Below, in pieces: positions 1 to 13,928 of a stretch of 64,000 bases of DNA. The notes below the pieces were generated by a model. It saw only the letters and a program-made list of their open reading frames with translations, had not been told where the DNA came from and did not search any database. A program made the translations under genes and the position numbers. Every line of letters starts with the position of its first letter. Positions within the stretch are counted from its first letter, which is position 1. This stretch comes from Candidatus Latescibacterota bacterium (GTDB lineage: Bacteria; Latescibacterota; UBA2968; UBA8231), in the NCBI GenBank assembly GCA_964291625.2, contig OZ220089.1:640001-704000 (forward strand). Reading direction: 5' to 3'.

Positions 1-626
1 TCGGAGCCCTGTCGCGGCGCAACGCCGAACCGCACCGGGCCTGTCGCCCCTTCGACCGCGACCGCGACGGCTTCGTCCTCGCCGAAGGTGCGGCCGCCCT
101 GGTTCTGGAGGAGCGGGAGCGCGCCCGCGGACGCGGCGCCCGCGTCTACGCCGAGCTCTCCGGGTACGGAGCGACGACGGACGCCGTCCACGAGACGCGC
201 CCCGACCCGACGGGTGCGGCCGCGGCCCGGGCGATCACCCGGGCCCTGGAGAAGTCCGGGACCGGCCCCCGCGAGGTCGACGCGGTCTTTGCCCACGCCG
301 CCGGCACGCGGGCGGGCGACGCCGCCGAGGGCCGCGCCCTCGGCACCTCTCTCGGGGCGGCCCTCGGCGCCATCCCGGTGACCGCGGTCAAGTCGATGAC
401 GGGCCACATGTTCGCCGCCTCCGGAGCGGCCCAGGCGGTGGCCGCGGTCAAGGCGATCGAGGCGGGGGCCGTCCCCCCCACGATCAACTGCGGGCGCATC
501 GACGTGACCGAGGTCGCCTGCGTGCCCGGCGAGGTGCTGCGGAAGCCGCTGTCGCGGGCGCTTTCGAACTCCTTCGGTTTCGGCGGCCACAACGCCGCCC
601 TCCTCTTCTCGGCGGCGGCCGCCTGA
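1..626 (+). CDS. beta-ketoacyl-ACP synthase (FabF/KAS II-like), 5' end outside the window
   Basis: Frame from nt 3 reads GALSRRNAEPHRACRPFDRDRDGFVLAEGAAALVLEE...AHAAGT...KSMTGH...SNSFGFGGHNAAL, the standard KAS C-terminal motifs. Confidence 0.9.
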   Translation, partial: GALSRRNAEPHRACRPFDRDRDGFVLAEGAAALVLEERERARGRGARVYAELSGYGATTDAVHETRPDPTGAAAARAITRALEKSGTGPREVDAVFAHAAGTRAGDAAEGRALGTSLGAALGAIPVTAVKSMTGHMFAASGAAQAVAAVKAIEAGAVPPTINCGRIDVTEVACVPGEVLRKPLSRALSNSFGFGGHNAALLFSAAAA

Positions 627-653
627 AGGGCCGCTGATCCCACTGCATACCCA

Positions 654-1642
654 ATGGTTGAAACCGCCACCCTTCCCGCCTTCTCCACCCTCGCCGACAA
701 GGCCATCGCCGGCGATCCACTGACCCCCGAGGAGTGCCGCGCGGTGCTCGCCGCCCCCGACGAGGAAGTGCCCGGTCTGCTCGCCGAGACCCACCGGGTG
801 CGCCGCCGCTTCTGCGGCGACAAGGTGCACCTGCACGTCCTGATGAACGCCAAGAGCGGCCTCTGTCCCGAGGACTGCGGCTACTGCTCGCAGTCGCGCC
901 TCTCGGAAGCGGCGATCGAGAAGTACCCCATGGTCAGCCGGGAGCGGCTCCTCGAAGAAGCACACGCCGCCCGCCGCTCCCGGGCCAGGCGTTTCTGCAT
1001 CGTCACCAGCGGCCGGGGCGCCACCTGGGGCGAGGTGGAATACCTGGCCGACGCCGTGCGCGCCATCCGGGAGGAGGTCGGTATCGGGATCTGCGCCTGC
1101 GTCGGTCTCCTCGACGAAGCGAAGGCGAAGGCCCTGAAGGAGGCCGGTGTCGACCGGTTGAACCACAATCTCAATACCAGCGAGCGGTTCACCCCCGGCA
1201 TCGTCACCACCCACGGATATGACGACCGCGTGAAGACGCTGGAGGCGGCGCGCAAGGCGGGCCTCGACCTGTGCAGCGGCGCCATCTTCGGCATGGGGGA
1301 AACCGACGACGACGTGATCGACGTCCTCATGGCGCTGCGCGACCTCGACCCGCAGTCGATACCGGTCAACTTCCTCCACCCCATCGACGGTACCCCGCTC
1401 GAGGGGACCTGGAGGCTGACCCCCCTGCACTGCCTGCGGATCCTGTGCCTGGCGCGGCTGCTGCATCCGCACCGGGAGATCCGCGTCGCCGGCGGGCGCG
1501 AGCTGCATCTGCGGTCGCTGCAGCCGCTGGCTCTCTACGCGGCGAACTCGATCTTCGTCGAGGGCTACCTCACCACCCCCGGACAGGGCACGAGGGAGGC
1601 CCTGCAGATGATCGAGGACATGGGGTTCGAGGTCGAAGAGGC

Positions 1643-1646
<4 letters not shown>
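654..1646 (+). CDS. bioB: biotin synthase (radical SAM)
   Basis: CPEDCGYC motif, NHNLNTS, SIPVNFLHPIDGTP, ANSIFVEGYLTT. Confidence 0.97.
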
Positions 1647-2968
<1,322 letters not shown>

Positions 2969-4098
2969 CTTCCTGCGCTCGGAGCGCGGCCGTCTCGAGC
3001 GGCTCGGCCTGCGCCGGTCGGTGGTGACCCCCGAGAGCCGCGCCGGGGTCCGGGCCTCCCTCCGGGGCCGCGAGTACGTCCTGTTCACCTCGAACGACTA
3101 TCTCGGGCTCGCGGCCCACCCGGAGGTGACCGCAGCCGCCGCCGAGGCGGCCGGCCGGTTCGGCGCCGGGGCGGCGGCGGCGCGGCTGCTGCACGGCTCC
3201 ACGCCCCTCCACGAGGAGCTTCAGGAACGCCTGGCGCGGCTCACGGGGAAGCCCTCCTCCCTGCTGTTCAGCTCGGGGTACATGGCCAACCTCGGGCTGC
3301 TCCCGGCCCTGGCCGGGAACGGGGACGCCGTCTTCTACGACGAGCGCGCCCACGCCTCGATCATCGACGGGGCCAGGTTGTCGCGCGCGGCGGCCCTGCC
3401 CTATCCGCACAACGACGCCGGCCGCCTGGAGGTACTTCTGCGGCGGACCCCCGCCCGGCGCCGGCTGGTCGTCACCGAGAGCGTCTTCAGCATGGACGGC
3501 GACCTGGCGCCCCTCGAGGCCCTGGGGGAAACGGCCAGGCGCCACGATGCCCTGCTGGTCGTCGACGAGGCCCACGCCATCGGGGTCTTCGGAGAGGGCT
3601 CCGGCCTCCTGGGGGGCCTGGAGCTCGACGTCCCGGCCGTCGTCACCGGGACCCTCTCCAAGGCCCTGGGCTCGATCGGCGGTTTCGTCGCCGGCGACCG
3701 GGCTCTCACCGACTTCCTCGTCGACCGGGCGCGCACCTTCATCTTCGACACCGCCCTGCCCCCGTCGGCGGTCGCCGCCGCCGCCGCCGCCCTCGGCGTG
3801 GCGCGGAAGGAGCCGTGGCGCCGGCAGCGGGCCCTCGACCTCGGCGGGACCCTGCGCTCCGGTCTGCAGGGGTCGGGCTTCCCCGCCCCATGCTCCGAAT
3901 CGCAGATCGTGCCCCTGCTCCTCGGCAGGCCGGCCGCCGCGGTCGCCGCGGAGGAGCACCTGAAGGCGCACGGCATCCTGGCGAGGGCCGTGCGTCCCCC
4001 GGCGGTGCCCCGGGGGACGTCGCGGATCCGCTTCGGGTTGACGGCGGCCCACGAGGAGGAGCACCTGGAGCGGGTCGCCGCGGCGATGGAGTGCTTCG

Positions 4099-4800
4099 GT
4101 GGGTAGGATCGTCCTCGTCACCGGGACCGACACCGGCGTCGGCAAGACGGTCGCCTGCGCCTGGCTCGCCTGGAAGGCGTCGAGGGCGGGAAGGGTGGCC
4201 CTGCTCAAGGCGGTCCAGACCGGGGCCGATCCCGGGATCGACGGCGACGAGGCGTTCTACCGCGACGCCCTCGGGGGCACCGACGTGACCCTGGGGACGC
4301 TGGCCTCCTTCCCCGAACCGCTGGCTCCCCTGATCGCCGGGCGCCGCGCCGGGCGGCCCCTCGACTTCGAGAGCCTGGCGCGGCGGTGCGAGTCCGCGGC
4401 CGCGGCCCACGACCTCACCCTCGTGGAGGGATCGGGGGGGCTCCTGGTGCCGCTCGACGAGGAGCGGGACTTCGCCGACCTCGCCATGCGCCTGGACGCC
4501 TCGCTGGCCATCGTCGTCCGCCCCGGCCTGGGGACGCTGAACCACACCGCCCTCACCCTCGAGGCGGCGGAGCGGCGGGGCCTGGAGGTCCCCCTGCTGA
4601 TCTGCAGCGGGGCCTCGCCGGACCCGGACGTTGTGGAGGGCGAGAACCTGCGTTTCTTCGCGGCCCTGGGGGAGGCGCGCCAGGCGCGCGCGCCGATGGC
4701 GCTGATGGTGATCGAGCGCGCCCTCGAAGGCGACGCCTCCAGGCCGGAGCGGCTCGCCGTCAGGATCGAGGGACCGTCGCCGGAGTGGCTGCCCGGTTGA
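4099..4800 (+). CDS. bioD: dethiobiotin synthase
   Basis: VTGTDTGVGKT, KAVQTG, VEGSGGLLVP, GLGTLNHT. Confidence 0.95.
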   Translation: MGRIVLVTGTDTGVGKTVACAWLAWKASRAGRVALLKAVQTGADPGIDGDEAFYRDALGGTDVTLGTLASFPEPLAPLIAGRRAGRPLDFESLARRCESAAAAHDLTLVEGSGGLLVPLDEERDFADLAMRLDASLAIVVRPGLGTLNHTALTLEAAERRGLEVPLLICSGASPDPDVVEGENLRFFAALGEARQARAPMALMVIERALEGDASRPERLAVRIEGPSPEWLPG

Positions 4801-4822
4801 GCACGCCCCGGCCTTGATTCCC

Positions 4823-4852
4823 TTGATGGCCCGCCGCCCCGCCGCGTATACT
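4823..4852 (+). promoter_or_regulatory. candidate sigma70 promoter of the symporter
   Basis: TTGATG-N18-TATACT upstream of the GAGGAGG RBS and ATG 4885. Confidence 0.45.
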
Positions 4853-4884
4853 GACCCGAACCAACCGATGAAGAGGAGGAATCC

Positions 4885-6408
4885 ATGGGCAGAGCCATGG
4901 GAGCCCTGTTCCTGGTAGGCGCGATGGCCTCCGGGGCCCGGGCGGAGGACGACACCTGGAAGGGCGCGATCCAGGGTCAGATGGACCGCCTGGACGCGCT
5001 CTTCGCCGACACCGTCAAGCTGCTGGAGACCTTCCTCTTCGTCGACTTCGGCACCGGCGTCCCCCTCATCGTCGCCGTCCTCGTCGCCGGCGGGGTCTAC
5101 TTCAGCTTCTACTTCGGCTGGCTGTCGATCCGCGGGTTCAAGCACTCCATCGACATCATCCGCGGCCGCTACGACAACCCCGACGACCCGGGCGAGATCT
5201 CCCACTTCCAGGCCCTCACCAGCGCCCTGTCGGCGACGATCGGCCTCGGCAACATCGCCGGCGTGGCGATCGCCGTCAGCGTCGGCGGTCCCGGGGCCGT
5301 GTTCTGGATGCTCCTCACGGCCCTCATCGGCATGTCCTCCAAGCTGGCGTCCTGCACCCTGGCGGTGATGTACCGCAACGTCCACCCCGACGGCCGCGTC
5401 TCCGGCGGGCCGATGTACTACCTCGAGAAGGGGCTGGCGACGATCGGTCTGGCCCAGTTCGGCCGCACCCTGGCGGTGATCTTCGCCTTCCTCACCATCG
5501 GCGGCTCCCTGGGCGGCGGCAACATGTTCCAGGCCAACCAGACCCTCGAGATCCTCGGTACCGTGTCGCCCTGGTTCAAGAGCTACAACTGGGCCATGGG
5601 CATGATCATGGCCGGCCTCGTGGCCCTGGTCATCATCGGCGGCATCCGCCGCATCGGCCGGGTGACCTCGCGCATCGTCCCCGGCATGTGTCTGCTCTAC
5701 GCCATCACCGCGGTCTTCATCATCGTGTGGAACATCCAGGCGGTGCCGGCCACCCTCGCCCGCATCGTCTCCGACGCCTTCACCGGACCGGCAATGTACG
5801 GCGGCTTCCTCGGGGTCCTGGTCATGGGCGTCCGGCGCGCCGCCTTCTCCAACGAGGCCGGCCTCGGCTCGGCCGCCTTCGCCCACGCCGCGGCCAAGAC
5901 CGACGAGCCCGCGCGGGAGGGCATGGTGGCGATGATCGGCCCCTTCATCGACACCATCGTCATCTGCCTGATGACGGCCCTGGTCTGCACCATCACCGGC
6001 GTCTTCGAGCAGCCCGAGTTCCAGTCGGGGGGCGGCAGCATCGTCGGCGTGCGCATGACCGCCGCCGCCTTCGACTCCTTCATCCCCGGGGCCCGCTACG
6101 TGCTGGCCGTGGCCGTCCTGCTCTTCGCCTACTCGACGATGATCTCCTGGTCCTACTACGGCGAGCGCGCCTGGGAGTACCTCTTCGGCCAGGGCTCGGT
6201 CCTCGTCTACCGCCTGATCTTCGTGTTCTTCGTCTTCGCCGGATCGGTGATCACCCTGGGCAACGTCATCGGGTTCTCGGACATGATGATCCTGGGGATG
6301 GCCTTCCCCAACATCATCGGCGGGGTGCTGCTGAGCCCGCAGATCAAGGCGACGCTGAACGAGTACTGGGGACGGCTGCAGCGCGGCGAAATGAAGGTCT
6401 ACCGCTGA
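4885..6408 (+). CDS. alanine/glycine:cation symporter (AGCS/AlsT family)
   Basis: SHFQALTSALSATIGLGNIAGVA, GGPMYY, RAAFSNEAGLGSA; many TM segments. Confidence 0.95.
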   Translation: MGRAMGALFLVGAMASGARAEDDTWKGAIQGQMDRLDALFADTVKLLETFLFVDFGTGVPLIVAVLVAGGVYFSFYFGWLSIRGFKHSIDIIRGRYDNPDDPGEISHFQALTSALSATIGLGNIAGVAIAVSVGGPGAVFWMLLTALIGMSSKLASCTLAVMYRNVHPDGRVSGGPMYYLEKGLATIGLAQFGRTLAVIFAFLTIGGSLGGGNMFQANQTLEILGTVSPWFKSYNWAMGMIMAGLVALVIIGGIRRIGRVTSRIVPGMCLLYAITAVFIIVWNIQAVPATLARIVSDAFTGPAMYGGFLGVLVMGVRRAAFSNEAGLGSAAFAHAAAKTDEPAREGMVAMIGPFIDTIVICLMTALVCTITGVFEQPEFQSGGGSIVGVRMTAAAFDSFIPGARYVLAVAVLLFAYSTMISWSYYGERAWEYLFGQGSVLVYRLIFVFFVFAGSVITLGNVIGFSDMMILGMAFPNIIGGVLLSPQIKATLNEYWGRLQRGEMKVYR

Positions 6409-6412
6409 AAGG

Positions 6413-6435
6413 CCGGGCGGCTTCGGCCGCCCCGG
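6413..6435. terminator. GC hairpin between convergent genes
   Basis: GGGCGGC-TTCG-GCCGCCC stem with a cUUCGg tetraloop; no strong U-tract. Confidence 0.5.
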
Positions 6436-6441
6436 ATCCGG

Positions 6442-8235
6442 TCAGTCGAGGGCGGGCGCCTCGCCGTCCTGAAGGAAGTCCTCCTCGAGGAGCAGGTCGG
6501 AGAACGACCGCCTCCAGGCCTCCGGAAACACCTGGTCGGCCTGGACCTCGAGCCTGATCCGCGACAGCATGGCGAGGCGGCTGACGCCGAAGGTCACGGT
6601 CGCCACCCTCCCGCCCCGGAGCCGCACCTCCAGGCCCTCCTTCACGCCCCGGTGCTCGACCTCGATCCAGTGGGTTCCGGCGGCGAGGTTGTGGAGCACC
6701 ACCCCCTGCAGGTCCGGGCGCAGCAGGTCGATCCGGTAGCGGCCGTCGATGCGCACCGAGACCCCCCCGGGGCCGAAGCTCTCCCCCAGGGGAGAGCGCA
6801 GCACCGCCACCGAGCCGTCGAGGGCGTCGTCCAGGGACGGGTCCACCTCGGAGGCCTCGGCCAGGGCGGCCGGGTCGCCGAGTGGCAGGATGCCGGCGGC
6901 GGCCACCCGCGGCCGGTTGCGGAACCAGGCCGGCTGCTCCTGGCGGCTGGCGAGGGTCCCGGTCCGGGTGAGGGCGTGGACGACCAGGTTGACCCCGGCC
7001 ACCAGGGCCGGTCCCGACCAGCTCGGAGGCGGCGGCTCCTCCCCCTCCTCCGCCGGCTCCCCCTCATCGGCCATATCCGCCCAGGCGCCGTGCAGCGGCA
7101 GATCGCTGACGATGGCCACCAGGGTGTCGCCGAGGGAGACGCCCCACAGGCCGTTGCGCCGGACGGCGTCGGCGGGGTCCACCAGCTCCGGATCGACGTT
7201 GGGCGGCGGCGGAGGAGCCGGAAGCTCCGGCGTCGGGTAGCTCCACGACTGCCCGAGGTCCTCGAGGTAGTCCCACCGTTCCTTGTCCTCGCCGGGAAAG
7301 CCGCCCGGAAAGCTGTAGAACGAGTGATAGAGGGGGTGCCCGGACGGGACCGGCCTTATCCCCGGGGCCTCGGGGAGGAGCTCGCGCAGGAGGGTCACGG
7401 CCTCCTTCAGGAACAGACCGCCCCCCTCGATGTAGAGCAGGCCGCCGCCGCGCAGATACTCCTCGAGGAGCGCCCTCTCCTCCGGGGAGAGCTGCAGCCG
7501 CGGCCAGTCCCCTACCGTCGGCAGGCCTTCGCCCTGCACCAGGAAGTGGACGGGGTCCCGCAGCAGCTGCGGGGTCGTGAAGTAGTGGATCGGCTCGGGC
7601 CGCACCCGCACCAGCAGCGAGGTGCGATCTCGCATGAAGCGCGACAGGTAGTCCAGCCCCCGTCCGCCGCCGGCGCCCCGGGTGTAGACGCGGGTCAGGT
7701 TGACGAAGCCGGTCATGTGCCGGCGGTTGTCGGGGTCGGAGCGGACGATGGCCCGCTCGCGGCCCTGCGCCAGGTCCCAGATCCGCATCAGGTCGAGGGA
7801 CTGGCGGCGGATGGAGTCGCCCAGGGCCTGGGCGGCGGCCAGGGACCTGACGAGATCGGGCTCGGTCTCGGACCGGAAGGAGTCCGCCCGCGCGGCGATA
7901 TCGAAGGAGCGCAGGGCCACCGGGGCGTCCGGCGCCGGCGCCGGACGGTGCGGCAGCGTCGGCTCCTCGAGCCGCGGCCGGGGGAGGAGCCCGGCGCGCC
8001 GGTACTCCATCTCCGTCCGCGGCCGGACCTCCTCCGGGCCGGCGGCCGTGAAGCGCTCGGGCTCGAAACGCAGCACCCGGCTCAGGCGGGCGCGGAAGGC
8101 CTCGGCCTCGCGCTCACCGCGGCGCCAGTCGTCGATGGTCAGCAGCACCGCGAGGTGCAGAATCAGGGAGAGGAGAAGGCTGCCGGAGAGGCGCAGGCCG
8201 GGGCGGCGGCGGGGCTTGCGGGGTCCCTCGTTCAC
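6442..8235 (-). CDS. membrane-anchored DUF4159-like protein
   Basis: N-terminal TM (SLLLSLILHLAVLL); central ERALLEEYLRGGGLLYIE...VPSGHPLYHSFY segment typical of DUF4159. Confidence 0.65.
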   Translation of the reverse strand: MNEGPRKPRRRPGLRLSGSLLLSLILHLAVLLTIDDWRRGEREAEAFRARLSRVLRFEPERFTAAGPEEVRPRTEMEYRRAGLLPRPRLEEPTLPHRPAPAPDAPVALRSFDIAARADSFRSETEPDLVRSLAAAQALGDSIRRQSLDLMRIWDLAQGRERAIVRSDPDNRRHMTGFVNLTRVYTRGAGGGRGLDYLSRFMRDRTSLLVRVRPEPIHYFTTPQLLRDPVHFLVQGEGLPTVGDWPRLQLSPEERALLEEYLRGGGLLYIEGGGLFLKEAVTLLRELLPEAPGIRPVPSGHPLYHSFYSFPGGFPGEDKERWDYLEDLGQSWSYPTPELPAPPPPPNVDPELVDPADAVRRNGLWGVSLGDTLVAIVSDLPLHGAWADMADEGEPAEEGEEPPPPSWSGPALVAGVNLVVHALTRTGTLASRQEQPAWFRNRPRVAAAGILPLGDPAALAEASEVDPSLDDALDGSVAVLRSPLGESFGPGGVSVRIDGRYRIDLLRPDLQGVVLHNLAAGTHWIEVEHRGVKEGLEVRLRGGRVATVTFGVSRLAMLSRIRLEVQADQVFPEAWRRSFSDLLLEEDFLQDGEAPALD

Positions 8236-8374
8236 GTCCTCTGGAGGCCTCCTCCCCGGGTCGAGGCAGGGCGGCCGCCGGAGTTGGCCCTCCGGGCGGC
8301 TTTCCCTATTTTACTCATTCCGGTTCCGATCCGCTTTCCCTCCCGGAACCGCCACTCCCACCTCAGAGAATCCC

Positions 8375-11065
<2,691 letters not shown>

Positions 11066-11073
11066 GGGGACCC

Positions 11074-12408
11074 GTGGCCGAGTTCAAGCTGCCCGACCTG
11101 GGCGAGAACATCGAATCGGGCGAGGTCATCAACGTCCTCGTCGCCGAGGGCGACGCCCTGTCCGAGGACCAGCCCGTGATCGAGCTGGAGACCGACAAGG
11201 CGGTCATCGAGGTGCCCTCCACGGTGAGCGGCACCGTGTCGAGGGTGCTGGTGGCCGAGGGCGACCGCGCCCAGGTGGGCCAGGTGATCCTCACCGTCGA
11301 GGAGACCGGCGCCGACGCCGTTGCGGCCGCCCCCGCCGCTGAGCCTCCGGCCGCCGCCCCGGCCTTCGAGCGGCAGGTCCAGGAGACGGCCGAGCCCGTT
11401 GCGGCTCCCCCGCCCCAGGAGAGCTCCCCCGCGCCTGGCGGGGACCGGGACGCAGCCGACGGCGGCGAGCCCGCCGAGACCGCGCCTGCCGCCGCAGAGC
11501 CCGAGGCGAAGCTGATCCCGGCGGCGCCCTCGGTGCGCCGGCTGGCGCGCGAGATCGGCGTCGACATCGGCCGGGCGGAGGGCACGGGCCCCGGAGGGCG
11601 CATCCGCGAGGAAGACGTGAAGACCCTCTCCCGGCGGCTTCACGAGAGCCCCGCCGCGGCGCCAGGCCCGGCCGCCGCGGCTCCCCTGCCCGACTTCTCG
11701 CGCTGGGGCGAGATCGAGGTCGAGCCCTTCAGCAACGTGCGCCGCATCACGGCACAGCGCATGGCCGCGGCCTGGTCGGCGATCCCCCACGTGACCCAGC
11801 ACGACCAGGCCGACATCACCGGGCTGGAGGCCTGGCGCAAGGGCTACGCCCCCGAGGTGGAGAAGGCCGGCGCCAAGCTGACGCCCACGGCGCTCCTCCT
11901 CAAGGTGGCGGCCTCGGCCCTGCGCGCCTTCCCGAGCTTCAACGCCAGCATCGACATGGCCGGCGAGCAGATCATCTTCAAGAACTACGTGCACATCGGC
12001 GTCGCCGTGGACACGCCCCGGGGGCTGCTGGTGCCGGTCATCCGCGACGTCGACCGCAAGTCGGTGACCGAGATCTCCCTCGAGCTGGGGGAGATGGCGG
12101 AGCGGACCCGCACCGGCAAGGTGGCCGTGGCCGACCTCGAGGGCGGCACCTTCACGGTGAGCAACCTCGGCGGCCTGGGGGGCACCGCCTTCACGCCGAT
12201 CGTCAACGCGCCGGAGGTGGCCATCCTCGGCGCCGCCCGCAGCCGCACCGAGCCCGTCTACGTCGACGGCGAGCTGCAGCCACGCCTGATCCTGCCCCTC
12301 TCCCTGTCCTACGACCACCGGCTGATCGACGGCGCCGACGGGGTCCGCTTCCTGCGCTACCTCTGCCAGGGTCTCGAGAACCCCTGGTTCCTCGCCTTCG
12401 AGAGCTGA
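11074..12408 (+). CDS. aceF: dihydrolipoamide acetyltransferase E2
   Basis: GTG after the aceE stop; single lipoyl domain ELETDKAVIEVPS, PSVRRLARE binding domain, SYDHRLIDG catalytic motif. Confidence 0.95.
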   Translation: MAEFKLPDLGENIESGEVINVLVAEGDALSEDQPVIELETDKAVIEVPSTVSGTVSRVLVAEGDRAQVGQVILTVEETGADAVAAAPAAEPPAAAPAFERQVQETAEPVAAPPPQESSPAPGGDRDAADGGEPAETAPAAAEPEAKLIPAAPSVRRLAREIGVDIGRAEGTGPGGRIREEDVKTLSRRLHESPAAAPGPAAAAPLPDFSRWGEIEVEPFSNVRRITAQRMAAAWSAIPHVTQHDQADITGLEAWRKGYAPEVEKAGAKLTPTALLLKVAASALRAFPSFNASIDMAGEQIIFKNYVHIGVAVDTPRGLLVPVIRDVDRKSVTEISLELGEMAERTRTGKVAVADLEGGTFTVSNLGGLGGTAFTPIVNAPEVAILGAARSRTEPVYVDGELQPRLILPLSLSYDHRLIDGADGVRFLRYLCQGLENPWFLAFES

Positions 12409-12412
12409 ACCG

Positions 12413-13831
12413 ATGGCCGAGCGCACACAAGTCGCCGTGATCGGCGGCGGGCCCGGAGGCTACGTGGCCGCCTTCCGCGCCGCCGACCTGGGTCTGCGGG
12501 TCACCCTCGTCGACCCGGAGGAGCGCCCCGGCGGCGTCTGCCTCTACCGCGGCTGCATCCCCTCCAAGGCGCTGCTGCACGTGGGCCGGCTGCTGTCCGA
12601 GGCGCGGGAAGCGGAGGAGTGGGGGGTCTCCTTCGGCGAGCCCCGGATCGACCTGGGGAAGCTGCGCGCCCACCGGGACCGCGTGGTGGCGAACATGTCC
12701 GGGGGCCTCGGCCAGCTCTCCAGGGGACGGGGCGTAACCCTCGTGCGGGGCCTGGCGCGCCTCACCGGCCCGCAGTCGCTGCGGGTCGAAGCCGCCGACG
12801 GCGGGTCCCGCGAGATCGGCTTCGAGCACGCCGTGCTGGCCACGGGATCGCGGCCGATCCCGCTGCCCGCCTTCGACATCGGCAGCGACCGCGTCATGGA
12901 CTCCACCGGGGCCCTGGAGCTGACCGGCGTGCCCGAGCGGCTGCTCGTGGTGGGCGGCGGCATCATCGGCCTCGAGCTCGGCCAGGTCTACGCGGCCCTG
13001 GGCTCGCGGGTGACGGTGGTGGAGATGACCGACGGCCTCGTCCCCGGCGCCGACCGCGACCTCGTGCGCGTCCTGCACAAACGGCTCGAGGAGCAGTTCG
13101 AGGCGATCCACCTCGGCAGCGCGGTGACCGCGGCGGCCGAGACCGCCGACGGCCTCGCCGTGACCTGGGAGCCGACGGCCGCGGGGACTGCCGAGACGCG
13201 GACCTTCGACGGCGTCCTGCAGTCGGTCGGCCGGCGCCCGAACACCGAGGAGATCGGCCTGGAGACGACGGCTGTCGCCCTCGACCCGAAGGGGTTCGTC
13301 GAGGTCGATGCGCAGCGCCGCACGGCGGAGCCCTCGATCTTCGCCGTGGGCGACGTCATCGGCTCGGCCTTGGCCCACACCGCCTCCCACGAGGGCACGA
13401 TCGCCGCCGACGTCATCGCCGGCCGGCGCGCCGCCTTCGAGCCCAACGCCATCCCGAGTGTCGTCTACACCGACCCGGAGATCGCCTGGTGCGGCCTCAC
13501 CGAGACCGAGGCCCAGGCCCGGAACCTCGACGTCTCGATCGCGCGCTTCCCCTGGTCCGCCTCGGGGCGCGCCATCACCCTCGGCCGCAGCGACGGCGTG
13601 ACCAAGCTCCTCGTCGAGCCCGCCACCGAGCGCATCCTGGGCGTCGGCGTGGCCGGCCCCGGCGCCGGCGAGCTGATCGCCGAGGGCGTGCTGGCCGTGG
13701 AGATGGCCGCCGTGGTGCAGGACCTGGCCCTCTCCATCCATCCCCACCCCACCCTCTCCGAGACCCTGATGGAGGCGGCCGAGGCCTACCACGGGCTCAG
13801 CTCCCACATCATCGCTCCCAAACGACCCTAG
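12413..13831 (+). CDS. lpdA: dihydrolipoamide dehydrogenase E3
   Basis: GGGPGGY, GGVCLYRGCIPSK, HPHPTLSE. Confidence 0.97.
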   Translation: MAERTQVAVIGGGPGGYVAAFRAADLGLRVTLVDPEERPGGVCLYRGCIPSKALLHVGRLLSEAREAEEWGVSFGEPRIDLGKLRAHRDRVVANMSGGLGQLSRGRGVTLVRGLARLTGPQSLRVEAADGGSREIGFEHAVLATGSRPIPLPAFDIGSDRVMDSTGALELTGVPERLLVVGGGIIGLELGQVYAALGSRVTVVEMTDGLVPGADRDLVRVLHKRLEEQFEAIHLGSAVTAAAETADGLAVTWEPTAAGTAETRTFDGVLQSVGRRPNTEEIGLETTAVALDPKGFVEVDAQRRTAEPSIFAVGDVIGSALAHTASHEGTIAADVIAGRRAAFEPNAIPSVVYTDPEIAWCGLTETEAQARNLDVSIARFPWSASGRAITLGRSDGVTKLLVEPATERILGVGVAGPGAGELIAEGVLAVEMAAVVQDLALSIHPHPTLSETLMEAAEAYHGLSSHIIAPKRP

Positions 13832-13928
13832 ACGCCGGCTCCGGTTGCCGGCCGCCGGAGTCCCTGGCTATCTTGTGGGGACTCCCCGCCCGGCCCCGCT
13901 CAACACCACACTCCAGCTACTGTCCCGC

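Noticed and set aside
1271-1642. N-terminal extension on BioA
   Set aside because: Off-frame overlap of bioB; the GTG at 1643 is coupled to the bioB stop.
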